A stretch of 64,000 nucleotides of DNA from an uncultured delta proteobacterium (GTDB taxonomy: Bacteria > Myxococcota_A > Polyangia > Fen-1088). Shown here piece after piece: positions 49,601 to 59,940 of this stretch (position 1 is the stretch's first letter; each line of letters begins with the position of its first letter). The position numbers and the translations under genes were made by a program. The DNA lies in assembly GCA_963796685.1 (NCBI GenBank), contig CAWCMR010000026.1, positions 32,001 to 96,000 of the forward strand. The letters are read 5' to 3'. The notes under the pieces are model-generated. The model worked only from the letters and a program-made list of their open reading frames with translations, ran no database searches and was not told the DNA's origin.

Positions 49601-50354
49601 TGGCGTCTTCGAGGGCTTGGGTAGTGGCCGCCGTGAGGGCGTCGAGCTGCGCGCGGTCGTCTTGCGAGAGCGTCACCAGCGTGTCGAGCTTGTCTTCGAG
49701 TCTACGCAGCTTTTCTCGTTCCTCGGCGGCGCGCTCGTGCGCGGCCTTCGACAGCTTGGTGAAGATCTCGCCGCCCATGACGTGTTCGAGAATCTGGGCT
49801 CGGTCGTCCGGTTTCGCGCGCAGGAAGTTGGTGAACTCGAATTGGGGCAAAAGGACGGTGCGCTTGAATTCCTCGAAGGTGAAGCCGACGCGCGTTTCGA
49901 TCGCCTGCCGGACTTCCGTGGTCTGGGAAGATAGGGTGTCTCCGGAGTCGAGGTCCACCAGCGCCATGGTTTGGGTTTGGAACCTGCCCAAATTTCGGGT
50001 GCGATGAACCCGCCAGGTCGCTTGATAGCGTTTGCCATCCGCACCTTGAAAATCCACACCGGCAAAGCCGTCGGCGGTTCCCCGCGATAGCAGGGCGCGG
50101 GCATCGTTGCTCTTCAGACGCAGCTTCTCGTCTTCCCCGGGCGCACCGATGGTATGCCCGCCTTCATCGGATAGCCGGGGCGTCTTGCCGTAAAGGGCGA
50201 GACAAATCGCATCCAGCAGCGTGCTCTTGCCGGAACCCGTAGGTCCCGAGATGGAGAAGAGGTTGGCGGAAGAAATGGGCGGCTGGTCGAGGCGCAATTC
50301 GAACTCGCCGCGCAGACTCGCCAGATTCTTGCCGCGAATGGCGAGGATTCTCAC
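46640..50354 (-). CDS. sbcC: Exonuclease SbcCD subunit C (one extra base near 48415)
   Basis: MRILAIRG.NLASL, GPTGSGKST, zinc hook CPLCGS..HP, LSGGE.FL.SLALALGL, LFIDEGFGTLD; split across ORFs 48327..50354 and 46640..48664. Confidence 0.92.
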
Positions 50355-51598
50355 GCACCCTCCTGCGCAAGGTGGTCGTGCAATTCGTGAAAGGCAGCGA
50401 GCATCTCTGGTGAAGGGGCGTTTCCGTGCTTCTGTTTGTACTTGAGCAGGAAGACCTGTTCGACCGAAAGCTCGCTGAGCCCGACGGCGCCACTCTCAGG
50501 CAACCCAACGCCTGTGCCATTGAGCACGGGTGGGGCGATGCGGACCAGGCGGGCTTCTTTGCCTTCCAGGGCTTCGTCGATGCGCTTGCGCAGGGCAGGC
50601 TCGGGTTTGTCGAGGGCGACGTGAACTTCCAGGAGCGGACGCTGCTCGTCAGGACCGTCGCCACGGTTGGGCAGCGCCTGCAAGATGTCCAACACCGCTT
50701 CGAGTGGAAGCGCGCCCCCATTCGGGACGGAGAGCAGCGGTACGCTGCGAGGAACCTGGAGCTCGCGGATGCTCGTCGTTTGCGCCCCCTCGGTCTCGAC
50801 CAGCAGGACGGCGTGGTGAACGGCCCTGGCATCGAATGAGAGAGGCAACACCGCCCCCGAATATCGAATGTTCTCTCTGCCGCCGACCCGCTGCGGGACG
50901 TGGAGGTGGCCAAGGGCAGCGTAGGCGACGTCCGCGCCAAACACGTCATGGGGCAGGGGATGTTGGTTCCCACCCAAGACCTTGCGTTCGGACGACTCGG
51001 ACAACTGACCACCCACCATGTAGCAGTGCCCCATGGCGATCACGGCTTGGTCTGGCGTGCGGCGCGCGTGAATGGCTTGCAGGACTCGCTGGTACAGGGC
51101 GCGTGTCCCTTGCACCAGCGGATCGGCGTCTTGCCCCACGGTGGGGAGATCCGCAGGGCGCAGGAATGGCATGGCGAGGACCCAGGCGGCGGTCGCGCCC
51201 TGACGGTCGCGGAGCGGGACGATCATCCGCTCGACATCGACCTCACCGTTGACCCGGGGCAGCCCGCCCACGACGTGCAGCGGACCAAGCTCGTCGAGGA
51301 TGGGCCTTGCAGCTTCGAGTCGGGCGGCGGAATCGTGGTTACCACCGATGACGACGATCTGCAGGCGCGGAGCCCGCGCGTGGGCCTGCCCGAGGAAGTG
51401 GTACCAAAGCTTCGTCGCGCTGGCGGGCGGATTCGCGGCGTCGAAGACGTCGCCGGCAATGAGCAGGGCGTCGATGCCTTCGCCCGCAATCGTCTCCAGC
51501 AGCCAGTCGACGAAAAGCCGGTGCTCATGCTCGCGCTCGACCCCGTGGAATACGTGTCCAAGGTGCCAGTCGCTGGTGTGGAGAATTCGCAAGGCCAT
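50351..51598 (-). CDS. sbcD: Exonuclease SbcCD subunit D
   Basis: ILHTSDWHLG, AGDVFD, GNHDS, ALGHLH, RYSG. Confidence 0.95.
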   Translation of the reverse strand: MALRILHTSDWHLGHVFHGVEREHEHRLFVDWLLETIAGEGIDALLIAGDVFDAANPPASATKLWYHFLGQAHARAPRLQIVVIGGNHDSAARLEAARPILDELGPLHVVGGLPRVNGEVDVERMIVPLRDRQGATAAWVLAMPFLRPADLPTVGQDADPLVQGTRALYQRVLQAIHARRTPDQAVIAMGHCYMVGGQLSESSERKVLGGNQHPLPHDVFGADVAYAALGHLHVPQRVGGRENIRYSGAVLPLSFDARAVHHAVLLVETEGAQTTSIRELQVPRSVPLLSVPNGGALPLEAVLDILQALPNRGDGPDEQRPLLEVHVALDKPEPALRKRIDEALEGKEARLVRIAPPVLNGTGVGLPESGAVGLSELSVEQVFLLKYKQKHGNAPSPEMLAAFHELHDHLAQEGA

Positions 51599-51701
51599 CA
51601 GGCATCATACGGCGCTTGCCGAGGTCCGCGCCTGCCGCGCTGTCGAATCTTCACGGTTCTGGTGACCCAATGACGCAAGCATCGACGAAGGGGGCGCGTG
51701 C

Positions 51702-52688
51702 TCAGCCAGTCTCGGCGACAATGCGCTCGGCCAGATTTTGAAATTGCTGGTAGCAGTCACGAACAGCGGTCGCATGGCCACCAATAGCGCCGTCAGCTGG
51801 TTTTAGGAGAAACATTGGTTTGCGGGCATCCTGTGCCATTGGCATCAAGCTCTTGAAGTGCTTGATCATGGCCAGTTGGTTTGGATCACTTTCGCCTTCG
51901 TCTGCGGCCATGCGAGTCTGCAGGACTTCGTCGGCGTAGACCGCAGGGATTCGCTCAGCCCATTTTCGGTAGGCTTTGACGGGGCGGTTGCTGCGCACCG
52001 ATGGATTCAGAAGAACGTATCCGATGGGTTTCATGGCGCCACTGGGCATTGCCATGTTTGCGGGGACTCGGCCACTGCTGCGCTTGCTCCAGCCAGTGCG
52101 CCAATTACGCAGGGTTGGGCCAAGGTTACGCAACCCCTGAAGGGAAAAGAGATCGGCGCCGAGAGGGATGACCACATAGTCGGCAGCGACGAGGGCCGCA
52201 CGGTTCATCGCGCCGACGTTCGGCCCGACATCGATCAGAACAATATCGAGATCCTGGGATTCCGCAGCCGACTTCATGAGGCGGTAGAAGGCAGTCATTA
52301 CGCGAAAGCCGTCACCTGCGTTGGCGGGATTGTCGTCGAGACACATACTCCATGCTTCCGACAGACGATCTTCGAACAGGCTGAGTCCTAGGTCGCCGGG
52401 AATGAGATAGAGCTCGTCAGCGATCTGCTTCATCTTTGCAGGCCCAATGTCCCCCAGCCTCTGAATCAGCGGATCGATCACACCGGCGATAGTCGACAGG
52501 TGATCGCTCTGGGGCCAAAGGAGCTCGAGCTCGGATTCGTCGACGAACGCGCTGGTGAGATTAGACTGCGGGTCGAGGTCCATAGCAAGGACGCTGTAGT
52601 TCAATTCGCGGAACATCCAGGCCAGGTGATAGACCAACGACGTCTTACCAACCCCTCCCTTGTTGTTGAAGAACGCAATGGTTTTCAT
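51702..52688 (-). CDS. ParA/Soj family ATPase
   Basis: FNNKGGVGKT, DLDPQ.NLT, LIDVGP..GA.NRA; appears lower in GC than the flanks. Confidence 0.92.
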   Translation of the reverse strand: MKTIAFFNNKGGVGKTSLVYHLAWMFRELNYSVLAMDLDPQSNLTSAFVDESELELLWPQSDHLSTIAGVIDPLIQRLGDIGPAKMKQIADELYLIPGDLGLSLFEDRLSEAWSMCLDDNPANAGDGFRVMTAFYRLMKSAAESQDLDIVLIDVGPNVGAMNRAALVAADYVVIPLGADLFSLQGLRNLGPTLRNWRTGWSKRSSGRVPANMAMPSGAMKPIGYVLLNPSVRSNRPVKAYRKWAERIPAVYADEVLQTRMAADEGESDPNQLAMIKHFKSLMPMAQDARKPMFLLKPADGAIGGHATAVRDCYQQFQNLAERIVAETG

Positions 52689-53872
52689 GGGCGCTTTCGC
52701 AAGATCATCAGCATATGGTTCTCTCCAACTTCGTACTCCAAAAGCGGACTGCCGTTGCGGATAAGCTCCTGCTGAGCCACGGCGATTCCGCGACCGAACC
52801 GGTTAACGAAGCCCAAGGTCTTGGCTGCCTCCGCAAGCACGGGATTTCGGTAGGAGACACCGTTTGGAAATTGCCGACGGTTCAAGTCGCCGAACAAGGA
52901 GCCAGGATTTTGGATCTCAATCCGATCCGAAAACTGATTGATCGAAATAGGTGTGGTGGAGTTGTCGTAATTTCGGTGGATGACGGCATTCATGAGCAAT
53001 TCGTGAAGAGCTATTTCCGGGTAATCCTGGATCGTCGTCTCCGAAAGATCGGCCAGGCGCATTGGCCGGGCGTTCGCGATATCCTGAGAGAGTTGGTCCA
53101 GGCCTCGCATGACCTGAAGAAGGTCGCCACCGAGCCGCCTTTCCACCATGACTTCCGTCGCCTGGCTTTCACCCGCGTAACGCACGTACTGTACGTACGC
53201 TCCGGGGACGAAGGATTCAGGATCCTTTCCAAAGAGCAGGAGCGCTCCGTTGGTAGGGGCATCGAGCGGCTTGTGGTAGAATCTCAACGATCCAAGTTGT
53301 TCTTCGATTGGGCGGCCGTTTTCCTCGATGACCTGGCGTGAAACTGCCTGTGGCAGGTAGGTGAGCCGAAACAGCTCGATAGCGAGATCGTCGAGTGAAG
53401 AGCCCACGCATGCCTGGAGATCCCACGTCCTCGCACGGTCGACGCGCCGTTCGGTCAGCCTCCGTTCCTCTTCAGGACTCGCCAACCTGGCGCTTGGCCC
53501 GACTCGAATCCACGTCTGCATACGATACCGTACCGGCGGAAGGTCTGAAGGTTCTACCTTTACGACTGCGATGGGGACTCCCCGATAGTCCACCTTCGCG
53601 ACCTCCATCCTTGGCATCGGAATTATCTGTCCGTTGCTTCGGTGGCTGGCGAGTGACTCAAGAAGGCGCTCGTCGATAAGTACACCGGCCGGAACGCCGT
53701 TCCTATCGACACCGATGCAAAGATAGCCAGGCAAAGCGTGGCCAGGCATGTCATTGGCGAAGGCACAGATCGCCTTGCAGTACTTATCGGAGTCCTTCAC
53801 ACCCTCGGTACGCTCCACGCGATCGGATTCAAGGGCGCTTAGAAGACGTTCGACTTCATGGGGATCGATCAA
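52685..53872 (-). CDS. Schlafen AlbA_2 domain + HATPase_c_4-like ATP-binding protein
   Basis: ES.RVE, ICAFAND......G.L..GV...G, E.L.NA..HRNY, DR.EI.NPG, YRNP.LA.A...G.V...G.GI. Confidence 0.88.
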   Translation of the reverse strand: MIDPHEVERLLSALESDRVERTEGVKDSDKYCKAICAFANDMPGHALPGYLCIGVDRNGVPAGVLIDERLLESLASHRSNGQIIPMPRMEVAKVDYRGVPIAVVKVEPSDLPPVRYRMQTWIRVGPSARLASPEEERRLTERRVDRARTWDLQACVGSSLDDLAIELFRLTYLPQAVSRQVIEENGRPIEEQLGSLRFYHKPLDAPTNGALLLFGKDPESFVPGAYVQYVRYAGESQATEVMVERRLGGDLLQVMRGLDQLSQDIANARPMRLADLSETTIQDYPEIALHELLMNAVIHRNYDNSTTPISINQFSDRIEIQNPGSLFGDLNRRQFPNGVSYRNPVLAEAAKTLGFVNRFGRGIAVAQQELIRNGSPLLEYEVGENHMLMILRKRP

Positions 53873-53910
53873 CTGGGAAATCTCCTGACTGGAATGGACG
53901 GCTGGCTAGC

Positions 53911-54150
53911 TTAGCAGAGGTCAGCTTCGCCATGGAGTACTGCTGCAAGTGAAGGCATTCTGGAGTCGCGGCCTGGGCGCGTGCCGCATTGGGACACACG
54001 CGTCGCGCTCAGGCCTTGGTTACCGCAGTCCGCATCGTCGATGCAGGTGTCACCGGGCGTGTGGCAGAAGTAGCCGTGTCTGCAGGCACCGCCGGCCGCA
54101 CATGGCACCTCGTTTTGGCCGGCGTAGCACCTGGTCGTGCCGTGGCACAT
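53911..54150 (-). pseudogene. Cys-rich gene fragment
   Basis: CHGTTRCYAGQNEVPCAAGGACRHGYFCHTPGDTCIDDADCG, with no signal peptide or recognisable ends. Confidence 0.4.
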
Positions 54151-54164
54151 GTGCTGCCCTCTCT

Positions 54165-55230
54165 CTACGCGTCCGCTCGTCGCAACTTGTCGAGCCACTC
54201 TTGTGACCGGGAGACGAGCGTCTCTACGCGGTCGCGAGTCCAGGTTCGCTCGCCTAACCAGAGGCATCGGGCGAATCGGTGATCCTTTTGGTATGCGTCA
54301 ACGAAATCGGCAAGTGCGGTGGCGGCCCGGAAAAGCAGTATGGAGTCGGCGGGCCCAGGGTGGTCGAGGTGAGCCGAGGCAAGCCGGGCCAGCGTTTGTT
54401 CCTCGCGCGCCTCGCGTATCCACGCTCGGTCAAGCACTCGGAGAGCGCCATCCACGTCTCCACGGGCAACATGCCTGTCTGCTTGGTGTGAGGCCCACAC
54501 CAGCCCCGTCAGGCCGGGGCCCGTGTCCAAGTCTGGCAGTGCTGTCTCAGACTGTCCGGCAACCAGAGCCGAAGCCAGCTCGCGAAGGGACTCGATGTGA
54601 CAGTGCTCGTCCGTCGGGGTGGCCGACCAAATCTCCAGCGCATCCTCTGGCTTGTTCAGCTGGAGAAGAACGAGTCCTTGTAGATGGAAGAGGTGCTCGC
54701 GGGTATGTGCATCCGCCGTCTCTGCCAGCAGGCTCTCCCCGGTCCATCGACCCGCCTCGGCATCGCGCTCGATGCCCGCGAGGCGCACATAAATGTCCCT
54801 CGGGTAGCGTTCCTCCGCCAATCGCAGGATGTCGTTCGTCGTGTCGTCATTGTCGGAGCTCTTCACCAGCCCAAGAAGAGAGAGCATTGCCGCAGGTGAA
54901 TCGGCCGAACGGCATCGCTCCATGGCCCACGCCGGGCGGCGCGCCTCGGGGACCAGGAAGAATTCCCTTTGCAGGGCCTCGTGCATTTTGGAATCAGGCC
55001 TTGGCGAGCACCAAAGCAGATGCGTCCTTCCCCGTCGGATTCACCTCGCGGATAAGCTCGATGAGCTCCTGTGCCGATGGCAGAATCCGGCCGGCGAGAA
55101 CGTCCTGCGGGGCAAGCCGTTCCCCGGACTCGCGCCCTTTCGCTGTGCGTGCCATCGGGCGAAAATGTACTACATCGGAGGCGCGATCGCGTAGGGCCTG
55201 TGCTTTCCCGCCGAAGGGCGGGGCACCCAT
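54165..55230 (-). pseudogene. Disrupted helical/TPR-like hypothetical gene (two segments)
   Basis: ORF 54994..55230 (ELIELIREVNPTG) ends abruptly; ORF 54165..54986 continues in another frame with TPR-like HLQGLVLLQLNKPEDALEIW. Confidence 0.5.
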
Positions 55231-55378
55231 TCGACAAAAAGGTACTCAAGCTCGTGCGGCACTCTGTCGAGAGTCTTCCCTGCACGCAGGCACTATCATT
55301 ACTCGCCCTGTTTGCGAAAGGCGACTCGGCCTCCCGGCTTGGTCGCCTTTTCCCTTTTGCCGTGAGCTTGCCGTGGGA

Positions 55379-55636
55379 TGTGTCTGTCCCATTGGCACCA
55401 AGGTGTGCAGTCCAGGATGCTCGAATTCCTCGGACTGCAACGCGGGCGAAGCGTGCACTGGCCGACATTGCGTCCCGGCGGCTTGTCAGAACGACCGGGA
55501 TTGTCCGACTGATTTTGCCTGCACCGGTGGAACCTGTGGCCGCAAGACGTGCACCACGGATGCCGATTGCAACGGCTACTGCGTAACCGGGGCATGCTAT
55601 TCCACGCCAGGTACTTGCTATGGACCTGTCGCGTGA
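55379..55636 (+). pseudogene. C-terminal fragment of a Cys-rich repeat protein
   Basis: CSNSSDCNAGEAC...CQNDRDCPTDFAC...CTTDADCNGYCVTGAC, ends at a stop; no plausible start. Confidence 0.55.
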
Positions 55637-55680
55637 AAAGCTAGTATCATAGTTCTCCATCACTACTGCGGAGGGGAACC

Positions 55681-58600
55681 TTGGAACGACGACCTGACTT
55701 GGTTTTAGATCATCGCTTCTCGACAGCCTTCTCGCTGGTGGCCGTGCTGCTGACCAGCTGTTCAGGAGGGACGGGAGCGTCGCTCGACGCTCGGGGCGCT
55801 GCCGGGGACGGCGCGACGACCGACCGGCCCGCCGACGCCAAGGGCGGTGTCGATGCGGGCACGGGTGGGACCGGCGGCACCAGCGCCGCGGACGACGGAG
55901 CCGCGCGCGCGGACGGCGCGGAGGGCGGCAGCGGAGGCGCGGACGCGCCGACGGGCGGGACCGGGGGCATCGACGCGGCAATGGGCGGCAGCGGGGGCAC
56001 GGACGCGCCGACGGGCGGGACCGGGGGCATCGACGCTGCGATGGGCGGCAACGGAGGCACCGACGTTGCAATGGGCGGCAGCGGGGGCACCGACGCGGCG
56101 ATGGGCGGCAGCCCAGGCACCGACGCAGCGACGGGCGGAAGCCCAGGCATCGACGCGGCGATGGGCGGCGGCGCAGGTATTTGGCCCGGCCCCCCGTTGA
56201 CGGTCTCGAGCTCGTTCTATCTCGAGCAGCCGCAGCCCGTGGCCGCGGGCTCCGCTGATTACAAGAGCCCGTCGATGGCTTGCGCATCGAACGGTTGCCT
56301 GGTCGCGTACGCACAGACCATCGGGTATCGGAACATGGTCGTCGCGACCAGGGTCAGCACGACCGGGATCATCCTCGGGCGGACCGCGCTCACGAAGCTC
56401 GACGACATCAACAGCGGGATTGCACGCGTGATGGTCGCCAGCAGCGGCTCCGACTACCTGGTCTATTCGAGCTATTCCGTCACTGCAAACACGACGCTCC
56501 CCATCCACAAGTTCCAGCTCGTCGACACGTCGGGCACGGTGCAGGCAGAGAGCACGACCGTCTTCGGCAGCGATACGCCCGAGGACGTCCACGTGTACGG
56601 CGGCGGCGCCAACTACCTGGTCGTCTATGCCGATCGCTACGGCGCCGAGACCACGATGCTGCTCAGCGCGCGGCTCGCCCCGGTCGGAGCCAAGTACGCC
56701 ACTTGGACCACGCTGCCGGGGTTCAATGCCATTGCGGGCGCGGGCCGCTACCTGTTCGCGACCAACAGCGGCTACGTCCTGATCGACGACACCACGGGCA
56801 CATCGGTCGGGTCCACCGGAGCGTTCTGGCGGTACGGCAACCCGTCCGGCACGCCGGTGGGTTTTCACGCGAACGGCACGTTCTTCCTGCTTGGCACGCG
56901 CCCGTCCGCCTCGTTCAGCTACGACACCTACGGCATCCGGGTCCAGGCCAGCGACGGGACGCTGCTGGATCCGGACGACGACTTCAACCAGAGCTCGGGC
57001 GGCGTGCTGCTGTGCCAGGGCTGCTATCCCGGCGTACAGACCGCGAACCTGGTCGCGGGTGGCGGCTTCGCCACCATCGCCGGCTCAGACGGCTTTCGCT
57101 TCACGCTGTCGCCCTTCGCGCGCGTCGGCGATGTGACCAGTGCCGACGTGTCGCTGGGCGGCCACGCGCCGACCCTGCTCCAGCCGGTTGGCGCGGGCGT
57201 GGTTGCGCTCGAGGGCGGGATGCTCGACCTGTTCTCCGTCGGCGCGAGTCCCTTCGCCCTCGGCTACACCGGCGGTGCGATCGCGATCCCGCGCACGCCC
57301 GACGTCTCGGAGCTCTCGGCCGCATACGCCGCGGGCCGCTTCCTGGTCGCGGGAAACGGAATGAGCCCGACGTTCCTCCTCGACGACCAGGGGACACTCG
57401 CGTCGGTCGCGGGCGTGGGCGGAGGCGGGCAGGTGGCCTCGAACGGGACCGACTTCCTGCTGACCCAGCAGCAGAGCAACCAGGTCGTCTCCCGCCGCGT
57501 GGGCGCCGACGGCTCCGTCGGCCAGTCGTCCACCTGGACGTACGACCCGGGCTCCTACGCTACCCAGTTCAAGCTGACGTCGAACAATCGCTACTACCTG
57601 CTGACCGCGCTCGGTGTCCCGAGTATCAGCGGCAGCGCGACGGTCTCTGGCATTCGCATCGCCAGCGACGGGACGTTCGTCGATGGCGGCCAGGGGCTGC
57701 TCAATGGGACGGGGTACTCGGTCGCCGCTGACACGTCGCCGGCGCCGGATCAGCGCACGTTCGGCGTGTTCACCCTCGACGGGTACGGCGGCGGCGCCGG
57801 GTGGCTGCGGCTGCGCTCCGAGACCGGGACCAAGATCTTTTCGATGGGCGCGCTGCCCGGCTCCGGCGTCGGGAGGAACTCGTATTTCACCAGCGATGGC
57901 ACGTACTTCACGGACGTCTCCCAGGAGCTGATCAATCTGCAGTACCAGACGTCCATCACGCTGCTGCTGCCCGGGACAGGCGACACGGGCCCCACCGCGA
58001 CCCTCGGGGCGGTGCCGAGCAACGCCTCGGTTCGCGGAGCGTGGTGGGACGGCCGGTCGTACCTGGTCGGGCTCATGTACGCGGACACGGCGTCCGGCGA
58101 CCCGAATGCGCGCTTCGCCATCACCCGGTATTCGTCCGGGCTGGAGTTGCTCGATACCGAGCGCGGCGACGGACGTGACGTCATCCCCGACAAGCCCCAC
58201 CCGGGCATGGACACGGCGCCCGCCGTCGCCAGCGCCGGCAACGGCAAGAGCCTCATCGCGTACCTCTACGCCGATCCCCTGTACGGCGGCGTCACCGTCA
58301 AAGGCGTGATCGTGCAGAACAACGGCTACCGCAGCGGGTTGGTCACCACGGCGACCTGTGATACCGGCGACTACTTCGACTTCGGCGGCTTGCGATCGAT
58401 GGAAGGCGGCGGCGTCGGAAGCGATCCGACCAGCTGCGACCCGCAGGTCACGGGCTACTTCGCGGCGAGCGTCGGACAGACCGATCTGATGCTGGGACGG
58501 AACTACCTGACCGAGCTCGGCGAGGCCGCGCCGAAGCACTGGGAGAGCGCGCTCATCAGCCTCGGCGGCGAGCCGCCGACCACGTTCCCGGCTACCTACG

Positions 58601-58830
58601 CCGTCTCCGACGCCGGTCTGCCTCCCGCGCCGGGCTCTGCCTGGATGTCCTTCGACACGAACGACATGCACGCATCCTGTGTCGGCACCGGCGGGACCGT
58701 GAGGCTGACTGCCTACGGCGCCGTCGGCGGCCGGATCACCGGCTCGTACGCCGGTGTGACCTGGACGGGCACCGCCTGCCCGGGAACGCCATCGGGCGAA
58801 TTCTCCATCACGCGCGAGGCGGATCACTGA
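55681..58830 (+). CDS. Large lipoprotein with Gly-rich stalk and beta-rich repeat body
   Basis: 1049 aa, lipobox LTSC, strong GC3 bias, repeated VAS.G..YLV and G.R....G..LD motifs. Confidence 0.8.
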   Translation: MERRPDLVLDHRFSTAFSLVAVLLTSCSGGTGASLDARGAAGDGATTDRPADAKGGVDAGTGGTGGTSAADDGAARADGAEGGSGGADAPTGGTGGIDAAMGGSGGTDAPTGGTGGIDAAMGGNGGTDVAMGGSGGTDAAMGGSPGTDAATGGSPGIDAAMGGGAGIWPGPPLTVSSSFYLEQPQPVAAGSADYKSPSMACASNGCLVAYAQTIGYRNMVVATRVSTTGIILGRTALTKLDDINSGIARVMVASSGSDYLVYSSYSVTANTTLPIHKFQLVDTSGTVQAESTTVFGSDTPEDVHVYGGGANYLVVYADRYGAETTMLLSARLAPVGAKYATWTTLPGFNAIAGAGRYLFATNSGYVLIDDTTGTSVGSTGAFWRYGNPSGTPVGFHANGTFFLLGTRPSASFSYDTYGIRVQASDGTLLDPDDDFNQSSGGVLLCQGCYPGVQTANLVAGGGFATIAGSDGFRFTLSPFARVGDVTSADVSLGGHAPTLLQPVGAGVVALEGGMLDLFSVGASPFALGYTGGAIAIPRTPDVSELSAAYAAGRFLVAGNGMSPTFLLDDQGTLASVAGVGGGGQVASNGTDFLLTQQQSNQVVSRRVGADGSVGQSSTWTYDPGSYATQFKLTSNNRYYLLTALGVPSISGSATVSGIRIASDGTFVDGGQGLLNGTGYSVAADTSPAPDQRTFGVFTLDGYGGGAGWLRLRSETGTKIFSMGALPGSGVGRNSYFTSDGTYFTDVSQELINLQYQTSITLLLPGTGDTGPTATLGAVPSNASVRGAWWDGRSYLVGLMYADTASGDPNARFAITRYSSGLELLDTERGDGRDVIPDKPHPGMDTAPAVASAGNGKSLIAYLYADPLYGGVTVKGVIVQNNGYRSGLVTTATCDTGDYFDFGGLRSMEGGGVGSDPTSCDPQVTGYFAASVGQTDLMLGRNYLTELGEAAPKHWESALISLGGEPPTTFPATYAVSDAGLPPAPGSAWMSFDTNDMHASCVGTGGTVRLTAYGAVGGRITGSYAGVTWTGTACPGTPSGEFSITREADH
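55924..56163 (+). repeat. Coding tandem repeat, 30 bp x 8 (GGxGGxDAAM/T)
   Basis: In-frame decapeptide units. Confidence 0.9.
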
Positions 58831-58849
58831 TCCCGAGTTACCCCAGGTG

Positions 58850-59878
58850 TCACTTCATGCAGGTTGGGCAGGGTGGTGGCGAAAAGTTGAGCGCCCAGCA
58901 GATGGCATCGCCGTCGGTTCCTAACCCGCACACCTGGTCAGAGCCCACACTGACAGAGGAAAACGTTCCTGTGGGAATGGTGCCTGTAGGTGGCGTGGCT
59001 TGCGCATTGGGACCGTCCCAGCATACGAGGGTTCCGTCTGTTCTCACTCCGCAAGATTCGACGACCCCAATGCTGATCGAGGTGAACGTGCCTGCTGGAG
59101 GGGCTGGTTGCTCGCCCCAGCATGCGAGGGTGCCGTCCGTCTTCACCCCACACGCGGCCCCCCCTTGCAGGCTGAGGGAGATGGAGGTGAAGGTTCCCGT
59201 CGGAGGCGGACTTCCTCCAGCCGCGTGGCCCCAGCAGGCAAGAGTATCGTCCGTCCTCACTCCGCATGCGTCGAGACCGCCAACACTCACGGATGTGAAC
59301 GTGCCCGAAGGTGGTGTGGAGTCGCCGTCGGTTACGAAGCCACCCGAACAGGCAGCGGTGCCGTCTGTTCTTATCCCGCAGAGCACGGAAACACCGGTGC
59401 TTACCGAGGTGAATGTCCCGCTTGGAGGTTCGACTGGGCCGTTCTCGTCGATGACGCCATTCCAGCAGGAAAGGGTTCCAAGCGTCTCCACCCCGCACGA
59501 TCCGCTATAGCCGAGGGAAACGGAGTTGAATGTTCCACCAGGCGGCTCGCAAGTGCCATAACCGCCTACAACCCAGCAAGCGATGGTTTTATCGACCCGG
59601 GTGGCACAGGCGCAAACTGAGCCAACGCTCACCGACGTGAAGGGGCCGGTGATTACTGTCACCGAGGCGTCGGTGGTCCCTCCAGTGCCCCCAGCACCGC
59701 CGTATCCAGTATAGCCACCGCTGCCTCGAGGGAACGCAGTGCTGCCACCGGTACCAACGATCGTACCTGCTGTCACTGGTGCTCCAGCGGCAGGAACCAC
59801 CGTGCCAAGGCCCGTGCGTCCGCAGGAGGGCGCGGCGACCAAGACGGAAGCTGCAAGGACCGAGGCTAGGCGGCGCAC
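58850..59878 (-). CDS. RCC1-like repeat lipoprotein
   Basis: Signal ending PSC-GRTGL, Gly linker, about 7 repeats of PP.GTFTSVS.G....CG..TDGT.ACW. Confidence 0.8.
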   Translation of the reverse strand: MRRLASVLAASVLVAAPSCGRTGLGTVVPAAGAPVTAGTIVGTGGSTAFPRGSGGYTGYGGAGGTGGTTDASVTVITGPFTSVSVGSVCACATRVDKTIACWVVGGYGTCEPPGGTFNSVSLGYSGSCGVETLGTLSCWNGVIDENGPVEPPSGTFTSVSTGVSVLCGIRTDGTAACSGGFVTDGDSTPPSGTFTSVSVGGLDACGVRTDDTLACWGHAAGGSPPPTGTFTSISLSLQGGAACGVKTDGTLACWGEQPAPPAGTFTSISIGVVESCGVRTDGTLVCWDGPNAQATPPTGTIPTGTFSSVSVGSDQVCGLGTDGDAICWALNFSPPPCPTCMK

Positions 59879-59940
59879 GACTTGTATCGTACGCACCGGT
59901 AGCTTGCTTGCCAATGCATTCCGGGTGCCGCGTCGTCCGG

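Noticed and set aside
54986-54996. TGA as selenocysteine/readthrough joining two ORFs
   Set aside because: The downstream ORF is in a different frame and the context is not a redox motif
55924-56163. Regular 30-48 bp repeats as a possible CRISPR array (also 6932-7153, 29587-29733)
   Set aside because: In-frame coding tandem repeats with no unique spacers and no cas genes
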